A stretch of DNA of 44,097 nt from Candidatus Moraniibacteriota bacterium (GCA_038331135.1 JBBQOS010000002.1:1-44097), one strand, 5' to 3'; shown: positions 24,449 to 33,221, counted from the stretch's first letter. Program-made: numbers and translations. The notes: a model not told the origin generated them from the sequence alone.

Positions 24449-25630
24449 CTATTTTAGAAACTTCTTCATTCTTCTAAATGATTCGTTGATATCTTTTTCA
24501 CTTCTGCCAAAACTCATTCGGATATGGTGCTCTCCGTTGGGCCCAAATGCTACCCCCGGCACTACTGCCACCTTGGTTTTTTCCAATAAATTCAAGGCAA
24601 ATTTCCAAGACAAACTTCCGCCGTGATCACTATCTACATAATCAACATTTTCTAACATTATTTTAGGAAAAACAAAATATGCACTCTCTGGTCTGACATA
24701 AGAAAAAACATGTGATAATTCATCTAAATGCTTGCAAATTAAATCTCTGCGCTGGCGATATTCTTGATTCATTTCCAATAAATCTTTATCTCCCATCTCC
24801 AAAGCTCCCATCGCTCCAAATTGAGAAATTACCGGCGCGCAAGTTACCAAAGAATCATGCACTTTTAAAATTTCCTTAACTACACTTTCATCACCATGCA
24901 AATACCCCACTCTCCATCCAGTCATCGCGTAAGATTTAGAAAAGCTAAATAGTCGAATCACTTTTTTTCTCAATTTAGGAATCTCAGCTAAACTAAATAT
25001 TTTTTGCTCCGGCTCAAAAAGAAAATCCTTATAAACTTCATCTGAAATTAAAAATAAATTATGCTCCTCCGCCAACTGTGCCAATCCCATCAACTGGTCT
25101 TTTGAATAAATTGTTCCGGTGGGATTATTGGGATTGCAATAAAAAATCGCTTTAGTTTTTGGCGTTATTGCTTCTTTAAATTTTTCCAAATCAAACGCCC
25201 AGCCTTTTTCTTCATCCAGCGAAACAAAAACAGGGGTGCAACCAGCTAGCGTTATTACTTCTCGATAAGAGGTATAAGTCGGTTGAGGAATAATAACCTC
25301 ATCGCCTGGATTCGTAAGTGCCAAAATGGTCGCCGTGATTCCCTCAATTGAACCGGCTGTAACTATAATTTCTTTTTCCCAATCATAAAACATATTACCC
25401 TGGGCCAATTTAATTTCAATTAACTCCCGAAGTTCGGAAATTCCCGGCGATAAAGAATATTTAGCCACCATCCCTTTTTTTAGGGCTAGCTCCACCCTCC
25501 TCTTAATACATTCTGGCGTATCAAAATTTGGTACACCTTGCGCTAGGGAAATTACATCCGGATATTTAGAAGCGCGCAATTCCATCTGCTTAATTACGGA
25601 GAGATTTAAATTTTTAGTCCGTTCAAACAT
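24449..25630 (-). CDS. Pyridoxal-phosphate-dependent aminotransferase, class I/II (aspartate/aromatic-type)
   Basis: 393 aa. NPNNPTG and SFSKSYAMTGWRVGY (PLP-lysine motif). Confidence 0.8.
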   Translation of the reverse strand: MFERTKNLNLSVIKQMELRASKYPDVISLAQGVPNFDTPECIKRRVELALKKGMVAKYSLSPGISELRELIEIKLAQGNMFYDWEKEIIVTAGSIEGITATILALTNPGDEVIIPQPTYTSYREVITLAGCTPVFVSLDEEKGWAFDLEKFKEAITPKTKAIFYCNPNNPTGTIYSKDQLMGLAQLAEEHNLFLISDEVYKDFLFEPEQKIFSLAEIPKLRKKVIRLFSFSKSYAMTGWRVGYLHGDESVVKEILKVHDSLVTCAPVISQFGAMGALEMGDKDLLEMNQEYRQRRDLICKHLDELSHVFSYVRPESAYFVFPKIMLENVDYVDSDHGGSLSWKFALNLLEKTKVAVVPGVAFGPNGEHHIRMSFGRSEKDINESFRRMKKFLK

Positions 25631-25731
25631 AGTGGCATTTTAGCAATTTAACATATTAGCACGTTAACATAAAAACAAATTAACATTAAGCTATGAAAAC
25701 AATTTCAACAGCTAGCACACCTACAACGTTC
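25631..25731 (-). repeat. Array of 13 octamers in exact register from the argS stop to the next ATG
   Basis: Coding strand after TAG: GAACGTTG TAGGTGTG CTAGCTGT TGAAATTG TTTTCATA GCTTAATG TTAATTTG TTTTTATG TTAACGTG CTAATATG TTAAATTG CTAAAATG CCACTATG(start). 101 nt + 3 = 104 = 13 x 8. Confidence 0.9.
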
Positions 25732-27456
25732 CTACATCCTCTTTACAGTTTCAATCCCCAATAATTCCAATCCATTTTTTAAAGTTATTTGCATCGCTTT
25801 TACCAATGCCAAGTTATTTTTAAAATCAGGGTTGGTAGCATCGAGAACTTTCGTCTGGGCATAAAAGGAGCTAAATTCAGAAGCGAGATTATAAAGATAA
25901 TTAGCTAAATGATGGGGCGAATAATCTTTTAAAGATTCTTCTATAGATGCTGGAAATTTTAGAATCATTTTTTCTACTTTGGGCGTTTCATTTTTTCTAT
26001 CTGTTGTTTCTGTCTCATTTTCAATTTTCAAATCCTGGGCATTATTTAAAATTGAATTAGTTCTAACAAGTGCATATTGGAGATAAGGTCCAGTGTCGCC
26101 TTCAAATGCGGTAGCTTTTTCCATATCAAAAACAATATTTCTTCCTGCACTGCATTTTAAAATAGAATATTTAAGCGCCCCTATTGCCACCTTCTCCGCT
26201 ATTTCATTTTTCTCCTCTTGCGAGAAATCTTGCTCTTTTATTTTTTCTAAAATTTTATTTTTCGCCAACTCGATCAAATCTTCGGCCAGTGGCACATTTC
26301 CAAAACGGGAAGACATTTTGACTCCCGAAAAAGTAAGTCTACCATGCTGTATATATTCACTTTTATCCGACCACTCTTTATTTATAATCTCAGCCGCTTT
26401 TTTTACCAATTTAAAATGCTCTTTTTGCTCCACGTCTGTAATGGTAATTGATTTATCGAATTTAAATTTATCGAATTTTATTTTTAAAAGTCCCATATCT
26501 TTAGCAAGATACGTCCCGAAACCTTGAGAATTTATAAAAACATTATCAAACAATCCATGTTCCGAACCAGGGAAAATTATTGCCCCCTCTGATTCTCTAA
26601 ATACATTGGGAATATTATTTTTAACAATTTCTTTGCCCACTTTCTCTGATTCTGACTCAAAAATTAAATCATCAAAAGTTGATCCTAGTCTTTTGGTTAT
26701 TTCCTTAAAATAACCCAGAGAAAGCTTTTGTCCCTTTTTATAAATCTCAAGTTCATCTGATTCTTCTTTTAAATAAAGTTTTTTATTAATACTATCAATC
26801 TCCTCTTTGACTTTTTCATTTTCTTTATATTCGCTGCTTCCAAAAACATAAGCTTCACCGATTTTTTCAATTGTCATTTCATTTTCCCATTTTTTTTCTT
26901 TTATCGCCCAGACAGTTTTGGCAATTCCGGGAGAAATATCCGATGGGAAAGATAACGTAATTAAACTAGCCATTCCTGATTTTTTTATAATCCTAACTAT
27001 GGATTCTCCAATTGAATTATTAACCAAGTGTCCCACATGAAACGGTTTAAATAAATTTGGAGACGAATGTTCAAAAATATAATTCTTATTTTCCAACTCT
27101 TTTGTCTCGCCCCATTTTTCACCTAAAACTAACACACTTTTAATTTCATGATTAAAATATTCTTTGGATAAATAAAAATTAATATAGCCAGGAGTAACCA
27201 CTTCTATCTTGTCCACATTCTCAATATATTTAGTTTCTAGTATTTTTGCAATTTCAACTGCTATCTCCACGGGGCTGGTTTTTAATTTACCTGCCAAAAT
27301 CATAGCAATGTTCGAAGACCAATCTCCAAATTTCGCATCTTTTGTATAATTTATTTCAAAAGTTAAATCTCCCAAATCGATATCTGCCCAATCTTTATTT
27401 CTTGAAATAATTTCTCCAATGACTTCCGTCACTTTGCTTTTTATAATTTCTTTCAT
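25732..27456 (-). CDS. argS: Arginine--tRNA ligase
   Basis: 574 aa. PFHVGHL (HIGH-type), KMSSRFGN (KMSKS-type), anticodon-binding C-terminus ending ..GIETVKRM. Confidence 0.9.
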   Translation of the reverse strand: MKEIIKSKVTEVIGEIISRNKDWADIDLGDLTFEINYTKDAKFGDWSSNIAMILAGKLKTSPVEIAVEIAKILETKYIENVDKIEVVTPGYINFYLSKEYFNHEIKSVLVLGEKWGETKELENKNYIFEHSSPNLFKPFHVGHLVNNSIGESIVRIIKKSGMASLITLSFPSDISPGIAKTVWAIKEKKWENEMTIEKIGEAYVFGSSEYKENEKVKEEIDSINKKLYLKEESDELEIYKKGQKLSLGYFKEITKRLGSTFDDLIFESESEKVGKEIVKNNIPNVFRESEGAIIFPGSEHGLFDNVFINSQGFGTYLAKDMGLLKIKFDKFKFDKSITITDVEQKEHFKLVKKAAEIINKEWSDKSEYIQHGRLTFSGVKMSSRFGNVPLAEDLIELAKNKILEKIKEQDFSQEEKNEIAEKVAIGALKYSILKCSAGRNIVFDMEKATAFEGDTGPYLQYALVRTNSILNNAQDLKIENETETTDRKNETPKVEKMILKFPASIEESLKDYSPHHLANYLYNLASEFSSFYAQTKVLDATNPDFKNNLALVKAMQITLKNGLELLGIETVKRM

Positions 27457-27459
27457 AAC

Positions 27460-28086
27460 TCAATCTCTATATTTATATTGTAAAAACTTTTTTAATAATC
27501 GGCTAAAAATTCCTTCCTTTTTCTTTTTCATATAAAAAAATCCTGCCACACTCACCACCATCGCTCCGGTGACATCCATCATCAGGTCTGTCATGGTATC
27601 TACTATACCACTTTTTTGCATGGTGAAACCAAAAAAATAATCCATAAAAAATTCAATTATTTCCCAAAGCACACCAATAAAAACAGAAAAAGACAAGGCA
27701 AAAAGTGAAGCCGAAATCGGCTTAGTAGACATCTTGCTGGTGAGTAACAGCGAGTAAGCCAAAATAAAACCCAGAAATCCAAGAATTATACTATTTCCAA
27801 AATGTAAAAAAATATCCCACCAAAAAATTTTTGTATAAAAATGATTATACTCCCCTAAAAAGAAATGCAAATAAAGCAATGAAGTCAACACAAAATCAAT
27901 TTCAATCGGCAATCTAATGCGATAATTTTTGCTCACAATTGTGGGCAAAAAAGAAAAAAACAAAACCACCAAAGAGGCTGAAGTCAAAAAAAGCTCTTGC
28001 CGGAACGCACTAATCAAAACTAAAAAACCCATCATTATCTTGAGAGCCATTGATATTCGGTATTGTATAGATTCAGATTTATCCAT
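27460..28086 (-). CDS. Hypothetical polytopic membrane protein
   Basis: 208 aa, about 6 TM helices; WWDIFLHFGNS and WEIIEFFMDYFFG..DTMTDLMMDVTGA motifs. 3-nt gap to argS suggests co-transcription. Family not confidently recognised. Confidence 0.55.
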   Translation of the reverse strand: MDKSESIQYRISMALKIMMGFLVLISAFRQELFLTSASLVVLFFSFLPTIVSKNYRIRLPIEIDFVLTSLLYLHFFLGEYNHFYTKIFWWDIFLHFGNSIILGFLGFILAYSLLLTSKMSTKPISASLFALSFSVFIGVLWEIIEFFMDYFFGFTMQKSGIVDTMTDLMMDVTGAMVVSVAGFFYMKKKKEGIFSRLLKKFLQYKYRD

Positions 28087-28142
28087 TTTTTATTCTTAGT
28101 TAAAAATCATTATATTCATATAAATTCTACACTTAACTACCC

Positions 28143-28167
28143 AAAAAATCAATTATGCATTGATTTT
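28143..28167. terminator. Weak AT-rich bidirectional hairpin terminator after the ABC cluster
   Basis: Stem aatcaat/attgatt, loop tatgc, A6 before and T4 after. Confidence 0.4.
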
Positions 28168-28211
28168 CTGCGAAATACCAGATTATGAATGGAAATATTA
28201 CTAAAATTACG

Positions 28212-28251
28212 ATGTTGTTAAATTGTTTTTATGTTAATTTATGTTTATGTC
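28212..28251 (+). repeat. Octamer array in the opposite orientation to the others
   Basis: Plus strand ATGTTGTT AAATTGTT TTTATGTT AATTTATG TTTATGTC, directly downstream of the permease stop. Contains TTGTTAAATTGTTTTTAT, 17/18 identical to 18-mers at 24333-24350 (reverse complement) and 39636-39653. Confidence 0.75.
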
Positions 28252-28263
28252 AAAAGTTAAGTC

Positions 28264-29556
28264 TTATTCCTTACGAAGTGCTTCTGCTGGAGTTAATTGA
28301 GAGGCCTTGCGGGCGGGATAAAACCCAAAAATTAATCCGACAATTGTAGAAAATCCAACCGCAATTAAAACCGATAAACCTGTAACTTCAAATTTTACAT
28401 CATATCCGTAACCTTCAATAATATAAGTAGCCAATTCTGAAAAAAATATCCCAATTATTATGCCAATTATTCCGCCCAAGAGTGTTAAAAATATAGCCTC
28501 AAAAACAAATTGCCATAAAATATCAATATTCCTGGCACCCACCGATTTTCTCAGTCCGATTTCCTGAGTTCTTTCCGTTACAGCCACGTACATTACGTTC
28601 ATAATTCCTACTCCACCCACTACCAGAGAAATAGAAGCTAAGCTAATTAAAAGAATGTTGATTGTGCTAAATATTTTTTCTAAAATTTCTTTCGCCTCGG
28701 CAATCGACATTACTGCGAAATCATCATCGATGCCATCTTTTTTATCCACTTCATTGTCATATTCTATATCATGCTTATCTCGCATAATCATTCGCATTTC
28801 CTCCATGGTTTGATCCAATGAATCCATATTTTTCACTTTAAAAATCGCAAACTGAATATGGTCTATACCCATTATTTTTTTCTGCAAAGTTTCCACGGGA
28901 ATAAAAATTATTTTATCAAAATCAAATCCCCCAGTTGAGCCACGTTCTTTCAAAACTCCCGTTATTTTATATTTTTTTCCTCCTATTTTTATGCTTTCTC
29001 CAACAGCATCTTCGCCCGGAAAAAACAAATCTTTTATCTTACTGCCCAACACTGCTACTTGTTTTAAATCTCGACCATCTTCTTTAGAAAAAAAACTTCC
29101 CCCTGCCAATTTTGCGCCTCCATCCGCTTCCATCATTTGAGATGTAACTCCAAAAATAAAAGACTGCTCATTTTCATCATCTCGAGTAGTGATTTGCTGA
29201 CTCAATATTCCGCCATACCAAGCACCCAAATTTGATAATTTTGCCACATCCGCCATCTCATCTAGTTTTAAAGTAGTTATTTGCATTCCACCTGCCATAG
29301 AGCCAGCATTTTGCGAAGACATATGCGAAGTTTTGGGAGTTTTTACCTCTATTTGAACGACATCAGTTCCAAAACTTTCAACCTGACCCACTACAAAATT
29401 TCGAAGGCCATTTCCCAAAGATAAAATCAAAATTACCGAAGTAACTCCGATTACCACACCCAAAAGCGACAAAGCAGTTCTTACTTTATTACTATAAAGA
29501 TTTCTCAAAGCTAATTTAATTGAAATAAAAAACTTTTGCATACTGACATTTAACAT
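28264..29556 (-). CDS. ABC transporter permease, MacB/FtsX family
   Basis: 430 aa. N-terminal TM, large periplasmic MacB-type domain, C-terminal FtsX 3-TM bundle (RTQEIGLRKSVGAR). The likely true start is the MQKFF Met at 29541. Confidence 0.8.
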   Translation of the reverse strand: MLNVSMQKFFISIKLALRNLYSNKVRTALSLLGVVIGVTSVILILSLGNGLRNFVVGQVESFGTDVVQIEVKTPKTSHMSSQNAGSMAGGMQITTLKLDEMADVAKLSNLGAWYGGILSQQITTRDDENEQSFIFGVTSQMMEADGGAKLAGGSFFSKEDGRDLKQVAVLGSKIKDLFFPGEDAVGESIKIGGKKYKITGVLKERGSTGGFDFDKIIFIPVETLQKKIMGIDHIQFAIFKVKNMDSLDQTMEEMRMIMRDKHDIEYDNEVDKKDGIDDDFAVMSIAEAKEILEKIFSTINILLISLASISLVVGGVGIMNVMYVAVTERTQEIGLRKSVGARNIDILWQFVFEAIFLTLLGGIIGIIIGIFFSELATYIIEGYGYDVKFEVTGLSVLIAVGFSTIVGLIFGFYPARKASQLTPAEALRKE

Positions 29557-29665
29557 TTAATTTTTTCAACTATTCGAATTATTATCGTTAGATATTTTAT
29601 AATTTTTTATTGTTTAGTTAACGAGTTATTTAATCATTAAATCATTAAAAAATTCATTATACCCA

Positions 29666-30913
29666 TTAATCATAACGTAACGCTTCCATCGGACTAATTT
29701 TGGCCGCTTTTAGAGATGGATAAAGTCCAAAAATTATTCCAATTAAAACTGAAACCGAGACTGCCACCATTATTGAATCTATTGAAATTAAAAACTGCCA
29801 ATTGTACCCCATTGAATTAACAATTACTGAGGCTAAAAAAGAAACCGCGATACCAAAGATTATTCCAATTGCTCCCCCTAAGAAAGAAATTGTCGCTGAC
29901 TCTATTAAAAATTGAATCATTACATCAATATTTCTCGCTCCTACTGCTTTTCTAAGACCAACTTCTTTTATTCTTTGACTTACCGCAATTAACATTACAT
30001 TCATCACCCCCACACCTCCCACAATCAAAGAAATTGTACCGACCGCTAAAAGAAAATATCTCATCGCAGTCGTAATTGTCCCTACGATTTTTACCGCCGA
30101 AGCTTGGTCACGCACCGAAAAATCCTCATCACTAGGATCATCGATGTCGTGCCTGTCTCTAAGTATAGCAGCGATATCATTTTTAGCTACTGCAATATTT
30201 TCCACTGTATCAATTTTTAATCTCAAATAACCCAAATGATTTATGTTTAATAATAATTTTTGTGCAGTAAAAATTGGCACAAAAGCACTATCATCCTGAC
30301 TAGACACTCCAAAAGCGGACGAGGCTCTTTCTTTTAAAATTCCAATTACTGTAAATCTATAATCATTAATTTTTATTTTTTTACCGATGGGATTGTTTTC
30401 TCCAAATAAATCTTTGGCAGCCGCTACTCCCAAAACTACCACTCTTGATAAATTGGTTTCCTCTTCTTCACTAAAAAATCTTCCTTGCTGCATGCTAGTA
30501 CTTTCTACCTCTGGGTATTCGGAAGTAACTCCCGAAAAAGACACCCCTAGTTCTTCATCATCATTTTTTACTGTTCCTATACCTGTTACATAAGCCGATC
30601 CTGCCAATACCCCTGTAACATTTTTGGATTTTTTCAACTCCAAGAAATCTTCGTACTTAAGAGTCGTAACTACAACCCCCATAGCCGCCGCTGGAGGACC
30701 ATTCTCATTAGAGGCTCCAGGCAAAACTCCTATTAGATTTGAACCCACTCCCCTGATTTGATCTAAAATTAATTCCTGTGCGCTTTGCCCTACGGCAAAA
30801 ATAATAATTACCGAGGCTACTCCAATAATGATTCCTAGAATAGTCAAAAAAGAGCGGAACTTAGCCGCCATCAAATTTTTAAAAGAAATTTTTATGGGAA
30901 TAAATATATTCAT
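29666..30913 (-). CDS. ABC transporter permease, MacB/FtsX family (second copy)
   Basis: 415 aa. Same architecture (RIKEVGLRKAVGAR). Confidence 0.8.
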   Translation of the reverse strand: MNIFIPIKISFKNLMAAKFRSFLTILGIIIGVASVIIIFAVGQSAQELILDQIRGVGSNLIGVLPGASNENGPPAAAMGVVVTTLKYEDFLELKKSKNVTGVLAGSAYVTGIGTVKNDDEELGVSFSGVTSEYPEVESTSMQQGRFFSEEEETNLSRVVVLGVAAAKDLFGENNPIGKKIKINDYRFTVIGILKERASSAFGVSSQDDSAFVPIFTAQKLLLNINHLGYLRLKIDTVENIAVAKNDIAAILRDRHDIDDPSDEDFSVRDQASAVKIVGTITTAMRYFLLAVGTISLIVGGVGVMNVMLIAVSQRIKEVGLRKAVGARNIDVMIQFLIESATISFLGGAIGIIFGIAVSFLASVIVNSMGYNWQFLISIDSIMVAVSVSVLIGIIFGLYPSLKAAKISPMEALRYD

Positions 30914-30925
30914 TACTATCTTTCC

Positions 30926-30950
30926 TCCCCTCCTTATTAAGGGCAGGGGG
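30926..30950 (-). promoter_or_regulatory. GC-rich hairpin whose 3' arm is the only strong SD-like sequence in the cluster
   Basis: Minus strand CCCCCTGCCCTTAATAAGGAGGGGAGG-aaagatagta-ATG. The arms CCCC(TG)CCTTA / TAAGGAGGGG can pair. Confidence 0.3.
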
Positions 30951-30963
30951 TTGAAGAATAATT

Positions 30964-31692
30964 TTACTTTAAAAGCTCTCCTTCCGCCGCTCTTTTTCTA
31001 TCTTTAACTATTTCATCAGAAACTATCTTTCCATCTTTTACATTTAAAATTCTTTTAGAATGCTGAGCGGTAAATGTTTCGTGGGTAACCAAAATAATAG
31101 TATGACCCTCGTCATTTAATTTTTGTAAAATCTGCATTATTTGAATGCCACTTTTAGAGTCGAGATTTCCCGTGGGCTCATCGGCAAAAATTATCTCCGG
31201 ATCAGTTACCAATGCTCTAGCAATCGCCACTCGTTGTTTTTCTCCGCCCGAAAGTTGATTGGATAAATATTCAGTACGATGGCTCATCCCGACCGATGTC
31301 AAAGCTTCAGTAATTTTTTTCTTATTAACCTTACTGCTAATGTTTCTATTATAAAGAAGTGGTAGCTCCACATTTTCATAGACACTCGTTCTCGGCAAAA
31401 GATTAAAAGTTTGAAATACAAAACCTATCTTGCTATTTCTGGTTTCAGCCAGCATATTATCAGTAAAATCCTTGGTGTCTTTTCCCTCCAATAAATACGT
31501 TCCGCCTGTGGGTCTATCTAATAATCCTATAATTTGCATCAATGTTGATTTGCCACTTCCGCTTGGGCCCATAATGGCTACAAACTCTCCTTTTTCAATA
31601 CTAAAAGAATTCTCACACACAGCCAGAGTTTCCACCTCGCCATTAATGTAAGTCTTAGTTAAATTTTTTATTTCTATAATTGGTATTGACAT
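30964..31692 (-). CDS. ABC transporter ATP-binding protein (MacB/LolD-type)
   Basis: 242 aa. Walker [10 protein letters not shown], signature [15 protein letters not shown], Walker [13 protein letters not shown]. Confidence 0.9.
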   Translation of the reverse strand: MSIPIIEIKNLTKTYINGEVETLAVCENSFSIEKGEFVAIMGPSGSGKSTLMQIIGLLDRPTGGTYLLEGKDTKDFTDNMLAETRNSKIGFVFQTFNLLPRTSVYENVELPLLYNRNISSKVNKKKITEALTSVGMSHRTEYLSNQLSGGEKQRVAIARALVTDPEIIFADEPTGNLDSKSGIQIMQILQKLNDEGHTIILVTHETFTAQHSKRILNVKDGKIVSDEIVKDRKRAAEGELLK

Positions 31693-31702
31693 AGTCTATT
31701 GA

Positions 31703-31727
31703 GAATTTAGGAGGTTAGGAATTTGGG
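31703..31727 (+). repeat. Left inverted repeat of the four-helix-bundle cassette
   Basis: GAATTTAGG-N7-GAATTTGGG (units 16 bp apart), 10 nt upstream of the ATPase start. Confidence 0.65.
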
Positions 31728-31749
31728 GATATGAGAGTGAGTAGATAAA

Positions 31750-32130
31750 TTAAGATTTTAAGAATGTTTTTGTTTTAGATATAAACAAATTAAGAAGTTT
31801 ATGAGTGGAATTAATTCTTCTCAAAATTTCATCAAAATAATTTTTTGACAAATATCTTATGTCCCTAGCGATTAATATTTGATTTCTTAATTCAGAAATT
31901 GAACCTAAATATATATAATAAAATTGCAATTTTTCCTTATATCCCTTTCTGCCAAATCCTTCCGCCATATTTGAGGTGATAGAAACGGCAGATATTCTTA
32001 TTTAATTAGTAAGTCTATAGACCTCACTTTGTGGAAAACTATTTTTAATTTCATATATGCACACAATTATTTTGTGTCCTTCTTGTCAAACAATTAAATC
32101 TGTAAAAACTTTTATCTTTTCTCTTTTCAT
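31750..32130 (-). pseudogene. Four-helix-bundle protein gene (23S-IVS-protein family) with two in-frame stop codons
   Basis: Single frame from ATG 32130: MKREKIKVFTDLIV*QEGHKIIVCIYEIKNSFPQSEVYRLTN*IRISAVSITSNMAEGFGRKGYKEKLQFYYIYLGSISELRNQILIARDIRYL... TGA (32088..32086) lies at the conserved Trp of DL.VWQ. TAA (32004..32002) lies at the conserved Gln of L.sQirR. No indels. The track shows only the 72-aa tail. Confidence 0.7.
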
Positions 32131-32171
32131 ATTTATAATTTTCAAATTTAAATCATTAAAGTTCTTACATT

Positions 32172-32205
32172 CCTAAATTCACATATTCCTAAATTCTTAA
32201 ATTTC
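32172..32205 (-). repeat. Right inverted repeat of the cassette
   Basis: CCTAAATTC-N7-CCTAAATTC-TTAAATTTC; same 16-bp unit spacing as the left repeat, opposite orientation. Abuts the adaptor gene stop. Confidence 0.65.
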
Positions 32206-33221
32206 TACTTTTCCTCCTTCACAAAAGTTACAACTTCTTCTCCACCGATTAGTCCAGAAATAATTTCTGTCATTCCATTGTCTCCTCGAAGTCCCACTTT
32301 TACATCGACTTTCTCAGTCTTTCTTTCTCCTTCTGATACTTGCTTTAAAACTTCCACATATTTATTGCCTTCATCATTTTTTACCGCTTGGTTAGAAACT
32401 GCCAGCACATCTTTCTTTTCAGAAGTCAAAATATCAATATCCGTACTCATCCCCGATTTTATCCGACTATCTTCTTTTTCCATTTTAAAAGTCACTTCAT
32501 AATAAACAACATCCAAGATAACTGTCGCTGCCGGCTCTATGTCGGAAACTGTAAAATAAAAAATTTCATCCGATTCGAAGGCATCAAAAGTAGCCTCGCC
32601 TCTCTGTCCTAAATTAATCTTATTAATATCTGATTCAGGAATGTCCGCGCTTATCTCAAAACCTTTTTCGCCCGAAATACTAATAAGCGGAGCGCCTAGT
32701 GAAGACATCTCACCCACTTCAATATATTTTTTTACAACAAGTCCCTCCATCGGGGCATACACAATGTTTTTCTTTAATTGCTTTTGAATTGTCCAAGTTG
32801 CCGCTCTGGCGCTTTCTACTGCCAATTTAGCAGCTTCTTTTTCTTCAGGCTTGTACATATCCCACTTACGCCTCTTCAGATCCAATTGCTCTTGCTGAAT
32901 TTTTAAAGCGATAACAGCCTCATTTAGTTGAGCTCTTGTTACGGCATCGTTTATTTTGGCAATTCGCTGTCCCTTGGTAACTCTATCGCCCACCTCTAAA
33001 CTAAGCTCCTCCACCACACCTCCCATCTCTGCAGACAGCTCGATTCTACTAGTATCGCTTACCTCACCTGTCACCGAAACTGTTTGCAGCACATCAGTTT
33101 TAGTTACTTTTTCGGTTACATATTCTGGACCAGTTTTTTTGGGTTTAAAATAATAATAAGCGCCAGCGCCCAAAATCGCCAGTATAATTATCCAAATTAG
33201 TATTTTCTTTCTTTTTCTCAT
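32205..33221 (-). CDS. Efflux transporter periplasmic adaptor subunit (HlyD/MacA family)
   Basis: 338 aa. N-terminal TM, lipoyl-like half motifs, central coiled-coil (LNEAVIALKIQQEQLDLKRRK), beta-barrel C-terminus. Confidence 0.8.
   Translation of the reverse strand: MRKRKKILIWIIILAILGAGAYYYFKPKKTGPEYVTEKVTKTDVLQTVSVTGEVSDTSRIELSAEMGGVVEELSLEVGDRVTKGQRIAKINDAVTRAQLNEAVIALKIQQEQLDLKRRKWDMYKPEEKEAAKLAVESARAATWTIQKQLKKNIVYAPMEGLVVKKYIEVGEMSSLGAPLISISGEKGFEISADIPESDINKINLGQRGEATFDAFESDEIFYFTVSDIEPAATVILDVVYYEVTFKMEKEDSRIKSGMSTDIDILTSEKKDVLAVSNQAVKNDEGNKYVEVLKQVSEGERKTEKVDVKVGLRGDNGMTEIISGLIGGEEVVTFVKEEK

Noticed and set aside
32002-32088. Alternative genetic code (TGA=Trp/Gly, as in some CPR lineages and Mollicutes) suggested by TGA at a conserved Trp.
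   Set aside because: Every other gene in the window is full-length under the standard code, with no in-frame TGA needed. The UDG gene appears to terminate at TGA (36354-36356). The same pseudogene also has an in-frame TAA, the commonest genuine stop here. Two G:C-to-A:T nonsense transitions are the simpler explanation.
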